Shown here: piece by piece, positions 1 to 7,853 of the stretch | How the letters are laid out: the number at the start of each line of letters is the position of its first letter | How positions within the stretch are numbered: position 1 is the first letter of the stretch | IMG/VR virus record: IMGVR_UViG_3300002092_000006 | Span: 1-46,991 of that record | DNA length: 46,991 bases | Origin: a virus | Lineage: Duplodnaviria > Caudoviricetes | Strand: one strand, 5' to 3' | The notes under the pieces: generated by a model | Database searches by the model: none | The model's input: only the letters and a program-made list of their open reading frames with translations | What the model was told of the DNA's origin: nothing | Program-made: the position numbers and the translations under genes

Positions 1-79
1 AAAGCTAGACAAGAAGGTCAGCAAGAAGAAAGACAGTTTATTCTAAATATCCTTGATGGAATAGATGAGGCAGATAGAC
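1..79. repeat. Terminal direct repeat, copy 1 (circular assembly overlap)
   Basis: 1-79 is identical to 46913-46991, and an ORF reads in frame across the junction. Confidence 0.95.
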
Positions 80-147
80 AAATGCAGAATGAGGGTGGTG
101 GCACAAAAGCAATAAGAATGGCACTTAATGTAAGAATTATAAATTAA
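1..147 (+). CDS. 3' part of junction-spanning Cys-rich hypothetical protein (46508..46912 + 1..147, 183 aa)
   Basis: The frame from ATG 46508 continues through the repeat to TAA at 145-147. Confidence 0.75.
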   Translation, partial: KARQEGQQEERQFILNILDGIDEADRQMQNEGGGTKAIRMALNVRIIN

Positions 148-240
148 CAACCCCCTCCCCAGCAACAAAGGAAGAGATTATTAACTAACCCCTCCCCCAA
201 AAGGCAAGACTAATCCATTATCAACATCTAATATAAAGGA

Positions 241-417
241 ATGAATAAACATTGTAAACTTTGCGGGGCAGAAACAGACAAAGAATACTGCACCCCAGAG
301 CATAGAAGAATAATCGATAATATGTACACGGGAGAGGGATTTTATGAATATTGTGAGAGGCGTGCCAAAATGTTATTGAAAAAGAAGGAAAAACAACTTG
401 CAATGAAAAAGAAATAG
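241..417 (+). CDS. Small Zn-finger protein (58 aa, not in ORF track)
   Basis: Hand translation MNKHCKLCGAETDKEYCTPEH...; CxxC-x8-CxxxH motif; same strand as neighbours. Confidence 0.7.
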   Translation: MNKHCKLCGAETDKEYCTPEHRRIIDNMYTGEGFYEYCERRAKMLLKKKEKQLAMKKK

Positions 418-426
418 GTTTATAAT
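398..426 (+). promoter_or_regulatory. Sigma70-type promoter for the 456 gene
   Basis: TTGCAA-17 nt-TATAAT. Confidence 0.7.
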
Positions 427-455
427 TAAAAAATTAAAAAATTAAAAAAAAATAT

Positions 456-956
456 ATGAATGATCAAGATACATTGAAAGCGGGGGTAGTAGGTGGGGTA
501 GTAGGGGCAAAGGTTAGTACAACACAGCCAACAACAAGTGTTCCATTAACACGAACATTTAGTGAGTTGCAGGAGGTGGATCAAGTTATTGGACAACTTT
601 ATGCAAAGGATGAAACTTTAAAACAGAGTAAATTTGGTTATGCTTATGACCAATTTCATAAAAAGAATTATGCTCCAATATTAAAGGACTTCCAAGAAGC
701 ATTTAATTATATTCGTATTGAAAATGCACTTGAAGATGAAAAAACAAAAGCAGTGCTTACAGAAGAAATTACACCACAAAATAGTCGTGGTTTCAAATAC
801 TCTAAGGCTGGTCTTAAAAAGTGTATGGAAGATGAGCTTGCTTGTATTGAGAAATTTAATTCAAAAGTACTTACAATTACTCCATATAAATCATCTCTTG
901 TTCCCGAAGGTCTAAGTGAGTTTCAGGTAAATACACTTAAAGGTTTGGTTATATAG
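456..956 (+). CDS. Hypothetical protein, last gene of the plus arm
   Basis: 166 aa ORF with its own promoter and a downstream terminator. Confidence 0.7.
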   Translation: MNDQDTLKAGVVGGVVGAKVSTTQPTTSVPLTRTFSELQEVDQVIGQLYAKDETLKQSKFGYAYDQFHKKNYAPILKDFQEAFNYIRIENALEDEKTKAVLTEEITPQNSRGFKYSKAGLKKCMEDELACIEKFNSKVLTITPYKSSLVPEGLSEFQVNTLKGLVI

Positions 957-968
957 ATATATTAAAAG

Positions 969-995
969 AAAAAGCCCCAACTAAGGGGCTTTTTT
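969..995. terminator. Bidirectional rho-independent terminator where the two arms converge
   Basis: AAAAAGCCCC-aactaa-GGGGCTTTTTT between convergent genes. Confidence 0.85.
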
Positions 996-1002
996 AATTG
1001 GT

Positions 1003-1104
1003 CTATTTATGCTTCTTAGGTAAACTCTTTGCACTTTTATTTACCTTATTTGGTGAAGTTCCAACTTTCTGCTTACCACTAACTCTAGCTTTTTTTGATG
1101 GCAT
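1003..1104 (-). CDS. Lys-rich micropeptide C (33 aa)
   Basis: Hand translation MPSKKARVSGKQKVGTSPNKVNKSAKSLPKKHK; A-rich leader; tandem with neighbours. Confidence 0.6.
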   Translation of the reverse strand: MPSKKARVSGKQKVGTSPNKVNKSAKSLPKKHK

Positions 1105-1137
1105 TGTATTTTTTTTATATTATATTTATAAGACGAC

Positions 1138-1308
1138 CTATTTTCCCCACCCAACCCCATAACTTTTCGCATTCTTGGTCTTTGACATATTTAAGAATTT
1201 AGCATAAGCATCTCTTTGAGATAAATGTGCTGTACCTTGTATACCAGAAGACGATTTAGCTGATTTTACCAATGGGTGATTGTGTGTTTTTATATTTATT
1301 TTAGCCAT
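1138..1308 (-). CDS. Basic micropeptide B (56 aa)
   Basis: Hand translation MAKINIKTHNHPLVKSAKSSSG...KNAKSYGVGWGK. Confidence 0.6.
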   Translation of the reverse strand: MAKINIKTHNHPLVKSAKSSSGIQGTAHLSQRDAYAKFLNMSKTKNAKSYGVGWGK

Positions 1309-1322
1309 AACTTTTTATATTA

Positions 1323-1406
1323 TTATTTATAAGCGGATGGTTTTTTCCCCTTCTTTGACTTCTTGAAAGGTTCAAACTTTGCCTTCTTCTTAATTGTTTT
1401 TTTCAT
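1323..1406 (-). CDS. Lys-rich micropeptide A (27 aa)
   Basis: Hand translation MKKTIKKKAKFEPFKKSKKGKKPSAYK; starts 14 nt after the ATP-grasp stop. Confidence 0.6.
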   Translation of the reverse strand: MKKTIKKKAKFEPFKKSKKGKKPSAYK

Positions 1407-1420
1407 TTGTTTATTTTGTA

Positions 1421-2821
1421 TTATTCTTCCTCGCTATCTGGCGAGCTAATCAGCGACCCAATTGCCTCTAATCGTGTAAGTATATTTCCATCGTATTCCC
1501 GACATATAAAGTCGTTATATGATCGAATATACATTTCATTGAAGGAAAAGTCGTTAGCGACCTCATAAGCCTTAATAATGGCATATTCACAGTCATTTGA
1601 GCTACCTGTAAAGACAGATAGAAGCTCCCAATCGTACCCATTATTGACCATTTTGCCCGTTTTATCATCCTTACTCATATCAAAGGGGAAGATATGCTCT
1701 TCATTATCATCTGACCACCTCATTTGCAAATTAGGTACTAATTTCTCATCTTCACCATAATTCATATTTAATCCCCTAATTCCAACACCATACTTTTTAA
1801 CAAAAGGATTATGACCATTAGCGATAGACTCAAAGTAGTTGGATACACTCCCAGCCATCTCGCACTCTGTCTGTGTACTATCAAAGCCCCAGCGTGTACA
1901 AAATTCTAGGAAGTATAACTCTCCGTCTTTTAGTATTGTATTGGCATCAATGAAATATAGACCATCGTGTTTGCTTGCCAGCTTATCACTCGCCTCTGAA
2001 AATGCACTAGAAAGGATAGGTGCGTCATCAGGGATTGAGATTATAAGATTTTCTGCACACCCTACCTTGACCGAGCAATTTCCACTACCCATTGCCTTAT
2101 TCTCAAGGTCAATAGAGTGGGCTACAGGCTTACCATTCCAATAAATACGCTCTGTGCAAAATTCAATACCATCTCGTATCTGTTTTTCTAGCACAAAACC
2201 ATTCTTTTCTGCCTCAGCTTTATGAAAGGTTAGAACATCACTTATTTCCTCTCTGGCAAATTCTATATTCTTAGTAGTAGGGACAACTGTATTAAAACAA
2301 TTATTATTTCCCTTTAATGCCCAAAAGTCTTCACTCTCATTTATCATTTCAATAGCCTCATCAATAGATTTATATTCCAGTGATTCAGCCACCTTTAAAT
2401 CAGGGTAATTATCCTGTACAAATTTCTTGGCAAGATTTCGGTCAGATTCAAGCATATAATCCAACTTATTAGGGAATAGTCCATACTTAAAACCTGCCTT
2501 CTTTGCCTTGTCAGCCAACATCCACAATGTATTAAAATCAAAGATCACAAAATACTCATCCTTATTTTCAAATTTAGCAATCTCGTCAATATATGACTCT
2601 GCCTTCTCTTTTTTTAAAATACCAGACCACATATTTAAACGCCTTCGTTTTGCTTCACTTTCTTCTAGCTCTTTCTTCCCAATCGTTTTAAGGTCTTGCA
2701 CTTGTGCCAGCACCACATCCTTACCCTCATTTTGCAAATGCCAAGCTAAAGAAGCTGACTCACAGTAGATAGAAAAGAAAATATATTTTTGAAATTTTAG
2801 CTCTGACTTTGTTTCATTCAT
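1421..2821 (-). CDS. PurD (GAR synthetase)-like ATP-grasp amidoligase
   Basis: LESDR..AK, ALK, FVLEKQIRDGIEF, ENK..GSGN, IDAN and YFLEFCTRWG mirror PurD-type ATP-grasp motifs (LE.SK, E..L.G.E, lEfN.RfG). Confidence 0.75.
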   Translation of the reverse strand: MNETKSELKFQKYIFFSIYCESASLAWHLQNEGKDVVLAQVQDLKTIGKKELEESEAKRRRLNMWSGILKKEKAESYIDEIAKFENKDEYFVIFDFNTLWMLADKAKKAGFKYGLFPNKLDYMLESDRNLAKKFVQDNYPDLKVAESLEYKSIDEAIEMINESEDFWALKGNNNCFNTVVPTTKNIEFAREEISDVLTFHKAEAEKNGFVLEKQIRDGIEFCTERIYWNGKPVAHSIDLENKAMGSGNCSVKVGCAENLIISIPDDAPILSSAFSEASDKLASKHDGLYFIDANTILKDGELYFLEFCTRWGFDSTQTECEMAGSVSNYFESIANGHNPFVKKYGVGIRGLNMNYGEDEKLVPNLQMRWSDDNEEHIFPFDMSKDDKTGKMVNNGYDWELLSVFTGSSNDCEYAIIKAYEVANDFSFNEMYIRSYNDFICREYDGNILTRLEAIGSLISSPDSEEE

Positions 2822-3180
2822 AAGTTGTCAATAAATAATGCATATTCTTCCCAATTTATACCCAATTCCTCGCAGAACATTTTTTCAATTTTTGTGGCAA
2901 ATAAGTGTTCAGTATAATAAGGGGCAGATTCAGAATTTCCCGCCTCACCAATATTACCATTATTATAATACTCTTTGTCAAAGTTGTCTATATCTTCTAA
3001 TTTAATGCCACGATTTTTAATCAAAAAATACTCCACTAATTCGTGAAGTGCCACTGCTTGCATATACTCCTCACGCATTTTTGAAATTGCAATAATGGTT
3101 TTCCCTTTTTTATCCCAATAGTCTCCCACCTCTCCAACTCTCTGGTCTTTATGGGGTATATTTTTTATTTCTATTCTCAT
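2818..3180 (-). CDS. Small putative metalloprotein/peptidase with HExxE...H motif
   Basis: VALHELVE...APYYTEH; stop overlaps the ATP-grasp ATG (ATGA coupling). Confidence 0.55.
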   Translation of the reverse strand: MRIEIKNIPHKDQRVGEVGDYWDKKGKTIIAISKMREEYMQAVALHELVEYFLIKNRGIKLEDIDNFDKEYYNNGNIGEAGNSESAPYYTEHLFATKIEKMFCEELGINWEEYALFIDNL

Positions 3181-3182
3181 AT

Positions 3183-3521
3183 TTAATTCACAAGTCCAAT
3201 AATCTCTGCTTCTTCAAGAACATACAACAGTAGCTCGTTGTCCCCATTATTGATTCTAAGCTCATCTACGCTATATTTACGAAAATAGACCCATTGACCC
3301 ACTTTATAGCGTGCTTTAAGCCCTATAAGCATCTGTAGACGTTGCCACAGTGTCTTCTTACCTAGCACACTTATCATCGCAAGAGTTGGCATTCCAGGAG
3401 TCTCACTCTCAGGCAAGACAAAACCACTGGAAGTTATATTTGGCTTTTTATATATATTCACAAGCACTCTCGCTCCTACTGGTGTCAATCTATCTATAAC
3501 AGGTTCATTTTTTGTTTCCAT
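3183..3521 (-). CDS. groES: Co-chaperonin GroES (cpn10)-like protein
   Basis: LTPVGARVLV, mobile-loop TSSGFVLP, KVGQWVYFRKYS, LEEAEIIGLV. Confidence 0.85.
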   Translation of the reverse strand: METKNEPVIDRLTPVGARVLVNIYKKPNITSSGFVLPESETPGMPTLAMISVLGKKTLWQRLQMLIGLKARYKVGQWVYFRKYSVDELRINNGDNELLLYVLEEAEIIGLVN

Positions 3522-3548
3522 ATATGCTTTTTATTATACTACTAATAA

Positions 3549-3830
3549 TTAACTTTGTATACTTAATATCCTATCCCAAAATGAGCGTGGGCAAAAGTAG
3601 CCACCATTTTTAATTTTACACTTATCAAATTCAAAAGAATCTTCTATGCCAACCTCATTTTTTTTAACAAATTTATTATAATATTCTTCGAAATCACTTA
3701 TCATAAATTTAACTACAGTATTTTCATCTTTCATAGCACAAACTGAAATAAGAAATTTAATATAGTCTTGTCCACTAAATCCAAATTTAGCAATATCGCT
3801 TTTACAATTCCTCACCATTTCTTCATTCAT
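3549..3830 (-). CDS. Hypothetical protein
   Basis: 93 aa ORF coupled to the upstream gene. Confidence 0.6.
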   Translation of the reverse strand: MNEEMVRNCKSDIAKFGFSGQDYIKFLISVCAMKDENTVVKFMISDFEEYYNKFVKKNEVGIEDSFEFDKCKIKNGGYFCPRSFWDRILSIQS

Positions 3831-4210
3831 TATTTTAATAATTTAACTTTAGCCTCGCTTAGAGGTAATGATAATAAATCTCTTTTATTTTCTTTTAAAA
3901 TCAATTTAGCTACTTCCATTGAATCTTGATAAGTATTTCTATATCCATCAGTTAAGGGTTGAATATCCTCATAATCATCAGGAGTCATTTTCCACCCCTT
4001 ATTCCAACCCCGAACTCTGTGCCAATCTTCCACTATCCGCATAATATCTTGACCCCTTACCGCCCCACTCTCAAAAACCCCCCTACCATTACCTTCTAAA
4101 AACAAAACTATAGCCTTATGTAATTCTTGCTCTGTAATAGGTAAATACTCATCTAATCCATAACCATAAACAATTTTATAATATTTCATATATAATTTAC
4201 CAAATAACAC
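3830..4210 (-). CDS. Hypothetical protein directly after the replication initiator; paralog of 44206..44610
   Basis: Likely start MKYYKIVYGY; visible homology to the 44206 ORF. Confidence 0.7.
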   Translation of the reverse strand: MLFGKLYMKYYKIVYGYGLDEYLPITEQELHKAIVLFLEGNGRGVFESGAVRGQDIMRIVEDWHRVRGWNKGWKMTPDDYEDIQPLTDGYRNTYQDSMEVAKLILKENKRDLLSLPLSEAKVKLLK

Positions 4211-4958
4211 TACCCTTCTTTTTTTCTTCAGTGGTAGTCTTACCTTTTAATTTAATAATTGCAGCTTCAAGAGACGACCACTTCTCAAAAAGCTGAATAG
4301 GTGAAGTAATTGTTGGCATATACTCAATCTTATTGGTTTTCGGCAAAGTCTTTTCAATAACCGATAAAACCCTATCAAGGGTATAGAACTCAATTAGGGA
4401 CTGGCAAGCATTCCGTTGTGGGGGTCTTGCGTAGAAGGCACGAGCTGAGGGATTCACCCCTTCAAAGGCTTTTATGACGAGAGATATATCCCCCGAACTT
4501 TGTTCGGTGGTAGTGTTTTCTTTATTAGTATCTTCTTCTTTATTAGTATTAAAGTCTTTATTACTTATGGTGCCGTTTTTGGCTACTTGGCTTTTTGGCA
4601 AGTAGGCTTTTTCGGCACTTGGCTTTTCATTACCCAACTGCCTATTTTCGGTACTTGGTAAATACACAAAATTATCAGGTGGAAAAGTTACCCAATAGAT
4701 TGTTCTACCATCTGATTGTTTTAATCTTTTAAGTAGTTTTGCTCTTTCTAATTCTTTTATTGCTGTTAAAACAGCTTTTGTTCCATTTTCCATTTCTTGA
4801 GAAATTCTTTCATAGCTAAATTGCCAATTCGGAGGTTTAGAATACAAATATGCGTACAATCCTTTAGCTTGCATTGATAGACTTTTATCACTAAGCACAT
4901 TGTTTGCTACTTGCGTAAAAGGAACTTCATCTTTCTTAAAATTTAATCCAGTTTTCAT
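4197..4958 (-). CDS. Phage replication initiator (N-terminal winged HTH, lambda O/DnaD-like architecture)
   Basis: FTQVANNVLSDKSLSMQAKGLYAYLYSKPPNW and KELERAKLLKR, followed by a low-complexity repeat linker. Confidence 0.8.
   Translation of the reverse strand: MKTGLNFKKDEVPFTQVANNVLSDKSLSMQAKGLYAYLYSKPPNWQFSYERISQEMENGTKAVLTAIKELERAKLLKRLKQSDGRTIYWVTFPPDNFVYLPSTENRQLGNEKPSAEKAYLPKSQVAKNGTISNKDFNTNKEEDTNKENTTTEQSSGDISLVIKAFEGVNPSARAFYARPPQRNACQSLIEFYTLDRVLSVIEKTLPKTNKIEYMPTITSPIQLFEKWSSLEAAIIKLKGKTTTEEKKKGSVIW
4577..4658. repeat. Iteron-like repeats inside the initiator gene (candidate origin)
   Basis: TTTTGGCTACTTGG (4577), TTTTCGGCACTTGG (4609), TTTTCGGTACTTGG (4645), next to an AT-rich tract. 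Confidence 0.6.
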
Positions 4959-5055
4959 ACAAAATTACAAACTAAAAACCACCCAAGAGAGCGTTCAGGA
5001 ACTCTCGGGCAGTTGTTAATTTATAATTAGCTTGAACGCTTTTAAACATAGATAC

Positions 5056-5101
5056 ATTATCTAATTTTTTGCCGACAACAGCAAGTTGGGGGTGGGGATA
5101 A
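5056..5101 (-). promoter_or_regulatory. Initiator promoter with upstream DnaA-box variant
   Basis: TTATCCCCA-8 nt-TTGCTG-17 nt-GATAAT on the minus strand. Confidence 0.55.
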
Positions 5102-5102
5102 G

Positions 5103-5131
5103 TTGTTAATCAGGGGGAAATGTGCTATATT
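5103..5131 (+). promoter_or_regulatory. Divergent extended -10 promoter; predicted start site falls on ATG 5138
   Basis: TTGTTA-17 nt-(TGc)TATATT; ATG begins 7 nt after the -10. Confidence 0.55.
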
Positions 5132-5137
5132 CTGCGA

Positions 5138-5317
5138 ATGGCAGCCCTATTTATATTTCTACTTATATCTGGTCTTATTTCAAACCTTTTAGGAATTCCC
5201 TTTCTTGCTGTATTTTTATTCCTTTTAGTTGGTATACCTCTAACAATCTTTTTTACCTTTATATTTAAAAATGGGTATCGTGCATTAAAAGACCACTATT
5301 ATTCATTGGTATCCTGA
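5138..5317 (+). CDS. Small two-TM membrane protein, probably leaderless (superinfection-exclusion-like position)
   Basis: MAALFIFLLISGLISNLLGIPFLAVFLFLLVGIPLTIFFTFIF; lone plus-strand gene within the minus arm. Confidence 0.55.
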   Translation: MAALFIFLLISGLISNLLGIPFLAVFLFLLVGIPLTIFFTFIFKNGYRALKDHYYSLVS

Positions 5318-7851
5318 TTATCTTTTGAAGATTGATTTATTCCTCCTCCAATAGGTAATTTTCTACCCTTATTTTTTATAATAGGTGGATTTTTAACTTT
5401 AACTTTAGGCACCTCAGGCACATCTCTGCCACCAACAACCTCCTTTTTCTTTCCTGTTTCAACAGCGGCTCTTCCAATTTCAAGACCACCCCAAATGAAG
5501 TGTCCAAATGATACGAGCAAAGCACCAAAAGCACCCTGCATTAATCTTTTAGCCATTGATTTTCCAGTATTTGTTTTTAAAGACTCATACTCATTATATT
5601 TCGTTTCCAAATCTTTCAGCATTTTAACCCCATCTGTTCCAAGTATCTCATTATTAACCTTTTTATACTCTGTACCATCCTCACTCTTACCAATATCTTT
5701 TAGCTCTTTAATCAATTCACCCGTCTTATTAACATCAAAAGGCACATTCTTATCCTCAAGTAGACGAGGATCTACTCTTTCAATGATAGATTGAATTGTA
5801 ACTTTCCTTAGATTTTCTATTGTTGTACCCGTCTTTTCAAGGAAGGTATTTAGCTCAGCAGTTGATTTTATACCTTTAATATTCTTTATTACAGCATCTG
5901 GTGTTTCACCAACTTTTTTCATATCCGTCTTAATTTGTTTTTGGTCATCTTGTAATTTTTGTATATTTTCTTTCGTATCAGCGACCTCTCCTTTTTTTTG
6001 TTCAATGACCTGTTTTGCACTTACCGCTTTTTCAGTTAATGTATTATTCAAATCTATAATGCCCTGCAACTTATTCTTTACATCTCCCTCAATAATATTA
6101 GGATACTTCTTCATCTCCGTATTTATTGTACTGGTTTTATATGTTCCATCAGGATTACGAGCCTTCTCTAGGATTTGGTCTAGCGTATAGTTTTTTAATC
6201 TATCAACCATCGCCTTTCCTTCAGGGAGTTGCTCTGCATTCTTAGAAAAAGACTTCCAATTATCATTTACATCAGACAATGAGGGATTTTTCTTATCAAA
6301 TAAAGGATTTGATTTTAGTTCAGTATACATTTTATCTGTTTCATCAATTTTACCAAGTACAGTATCACCATACTGGTCTTTAATAGCAGTCCTAAAAGAG
6401 TCCTTTAATACAGGAGTAACATACTTGTCGTATAACTTAAAGGCATAGGGATTATTCTCTTTGAGGAAGCCTCGTATAGCCCCAACAGTACCCTTAAAAT
6501 TACTTGAGTCAATAGGTGGAAATTCCTTTTTATATTCCTCTAAAGAAGAAAATTCAGGCTCAATTCCCTGTTTTGCCATTTCATTAAAAAATCCCTTCTC
6601 ATCACCTGCGAATTTTGTAACCATATCTCGCATTTGGATATTATCTACAACTGGTTTCAATGCACCCACATCTTTAATCATTGAATTATTTTTCAACTCA
6701 TCTAATACTTTTGTGATTGCAGGAAAAAATCCGCTAAAATCTACTTTAGCATTACCTAAATTCTCCTCATAGCTCTTCTCACTCTTATCCTTAATAAATT
6801 CCTTAGTCTTATCAATACTTTCTTTCATATCTTTCTCAGAGGGAAAGCCATTTTGTTTTGCCTCTTGTTGAGTCAATTTAGCAGCATCAGCAACCTGTTT
6901 CTTTTGCATTTGGGCTAGATCAACCAACTCATTTTTAGCATTTTGTAATTCTAGCTCTTTCTGTATTTGTTCTGTCGTTTTTTGTGCTATCTCTCCCTCC
7001 TTTCCTTTCAAAGCACTTTTTTGTTTTTCACTCATTGAATCAAGCTCTTTCTGTAAATCAGCAACCTTTTTTTCACTATCAACAACATTTCTAATTGTGC
7101 TTCCTACTTCAACTGTCTTTTTATGTAGAGCAGAATCGGTTGCAAAGGTTAGACCCTGACCCTTAAAAGATTGTTTAGCATTTTCAAATCGTACTTTTGC
7201 ATTATCTAGTGCCTTTGTTGTAGCATCTGCAATTCCTGTTGCACCTTTAACAGGATTAGCAGCAAATTCTCCAATTCCTTTTGCACCCTCAAAAGCAGCG
7301 ATAGTTTGTAATGGGTGGTCTACCATTTGCACAGTAGCTTTATCTATATCCTCCATAAGACGACTTGTATCTCCTTTCATAACAGCATCTTTTAATGCAC
7401 CAAAAGTTTCTCCTGCAATACCAGCATAATATTTAGCCATTCCCGACACTGCATCAATCGGATGTATAACCATATCTGCCGCACCCTTTACTATGCTTGG
7501 TAAATCACTTACAGTATTTGCAACTATCTTCCCAGCTGTTTTAAATGGATTAAATCCACCTCCATTTTGTGATGTATCTGATTTGTTTGCAGGTAGAAAT
7601 GGAGCACCAGAAAAACCTTGTCCTAATACAGATTGATTTCCCTCTGCCCTTTTATTTGCCTCTGCACCTTGAGAGCTTTGAGAGTCAATGTATGCCTGCA
7701 ATCGGTCTTTTGGTTGTGGATTATTTATTTCATCAAGAGTCATACCTTTTTGTCCTGAAGGTGGAGGCGGTAGCTTTTTTAATTCGTCAAGCGAAAAACC
7801 TTGTTGGTCTTTTGGTGGTGGAGGTAATTTTGTTAAATCTGTTTTATCCAT
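5299..7851 (-). CDS. Large internal virion / DNA ejection protein (putative)
   Basis: 850 aa, helical and coiled-coil rich, C-terminal hydrophobic Gly-rich segment; last gene of the tail block. Confidence 0.55.
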   Translation of the reverse strand: MDKTDLTKLPPPPKDQQGFSLDELKKLPPPPSGQKGMTLDEINNPQPKDRLQAYIDSQSSQGAEANKRAEGNQSVLGQGFSGAPFLPANKSDTSQNGGGFNPFKTAGKIVANTVSDLPSIVKGAADMVIHPIDAVSGMAKYYAGIAGETFGALKDAVMKGDTSRLMEDIDKATVQMVDHPLQTIAAFEGAKGIGEFAANPVKGATGIADATTKALDNAKVRFENAKQSFKGQGLTFATDSALHKKTVEVGSTIRNVVDSEKKVADLQKELDSMSEKQKSALKGKEGEIAQKTTEQIQKELELQNAKNELVDLAQMQKKQVADAAKLTQQEAKQNGFPSEKDMKESIDKTKEFIKDKSEKSYEENLGNAKVDFSGFFPAITKVLDELKNNSMIKDVGALKPVVDNIQMRDMVTKFAGDEKGFFNEMAKQGIEPEFSSLEEYKKEFPPIDSSNFKGTVGAIRGFLKENNPYAFKLYDKYVTPVLKDSFRTAIKDQYGDTVLGKIDETDKMYTELKSNPLFDKKNPSLSDVNDNWKSFSKNAEQLPEGKAMVDRLKNYTLDQILEKARNPDGTYKTSTINTEMKKYPNIIEGDVKNKLQGIIDLNNTLTEKAVSAKQVIEQKKGEVADTKENIQKLQDDQKQIKTDMKKVGETPDAVIKNIKGIKSTAELNTFLEKTGTTIENLRKVTIQSIIERVDPRLLEDKNVPFDVNKTGELIKELKDIGKSEDGTEYKKVNNEILGTDGVKMLKDLETKYNEYESLKTNTGKSMAKRLMQGAFGALLVSFGHFIWGGLEIGRAAVETGKKKEVVGGRDVPEVPKVKVKNPPIIKNKGRKLPIGGGINQSSKDNQDTNE

Positions 7852-7853
7852 AT

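Noticed and set aside
1421-2821. Auxiliary metabolic purD gene
   Set aside because: The N-terminal GxGGREHA substrate motif is absent and there are no other pur genes, so it is called only PurD-like ATP-grasp.
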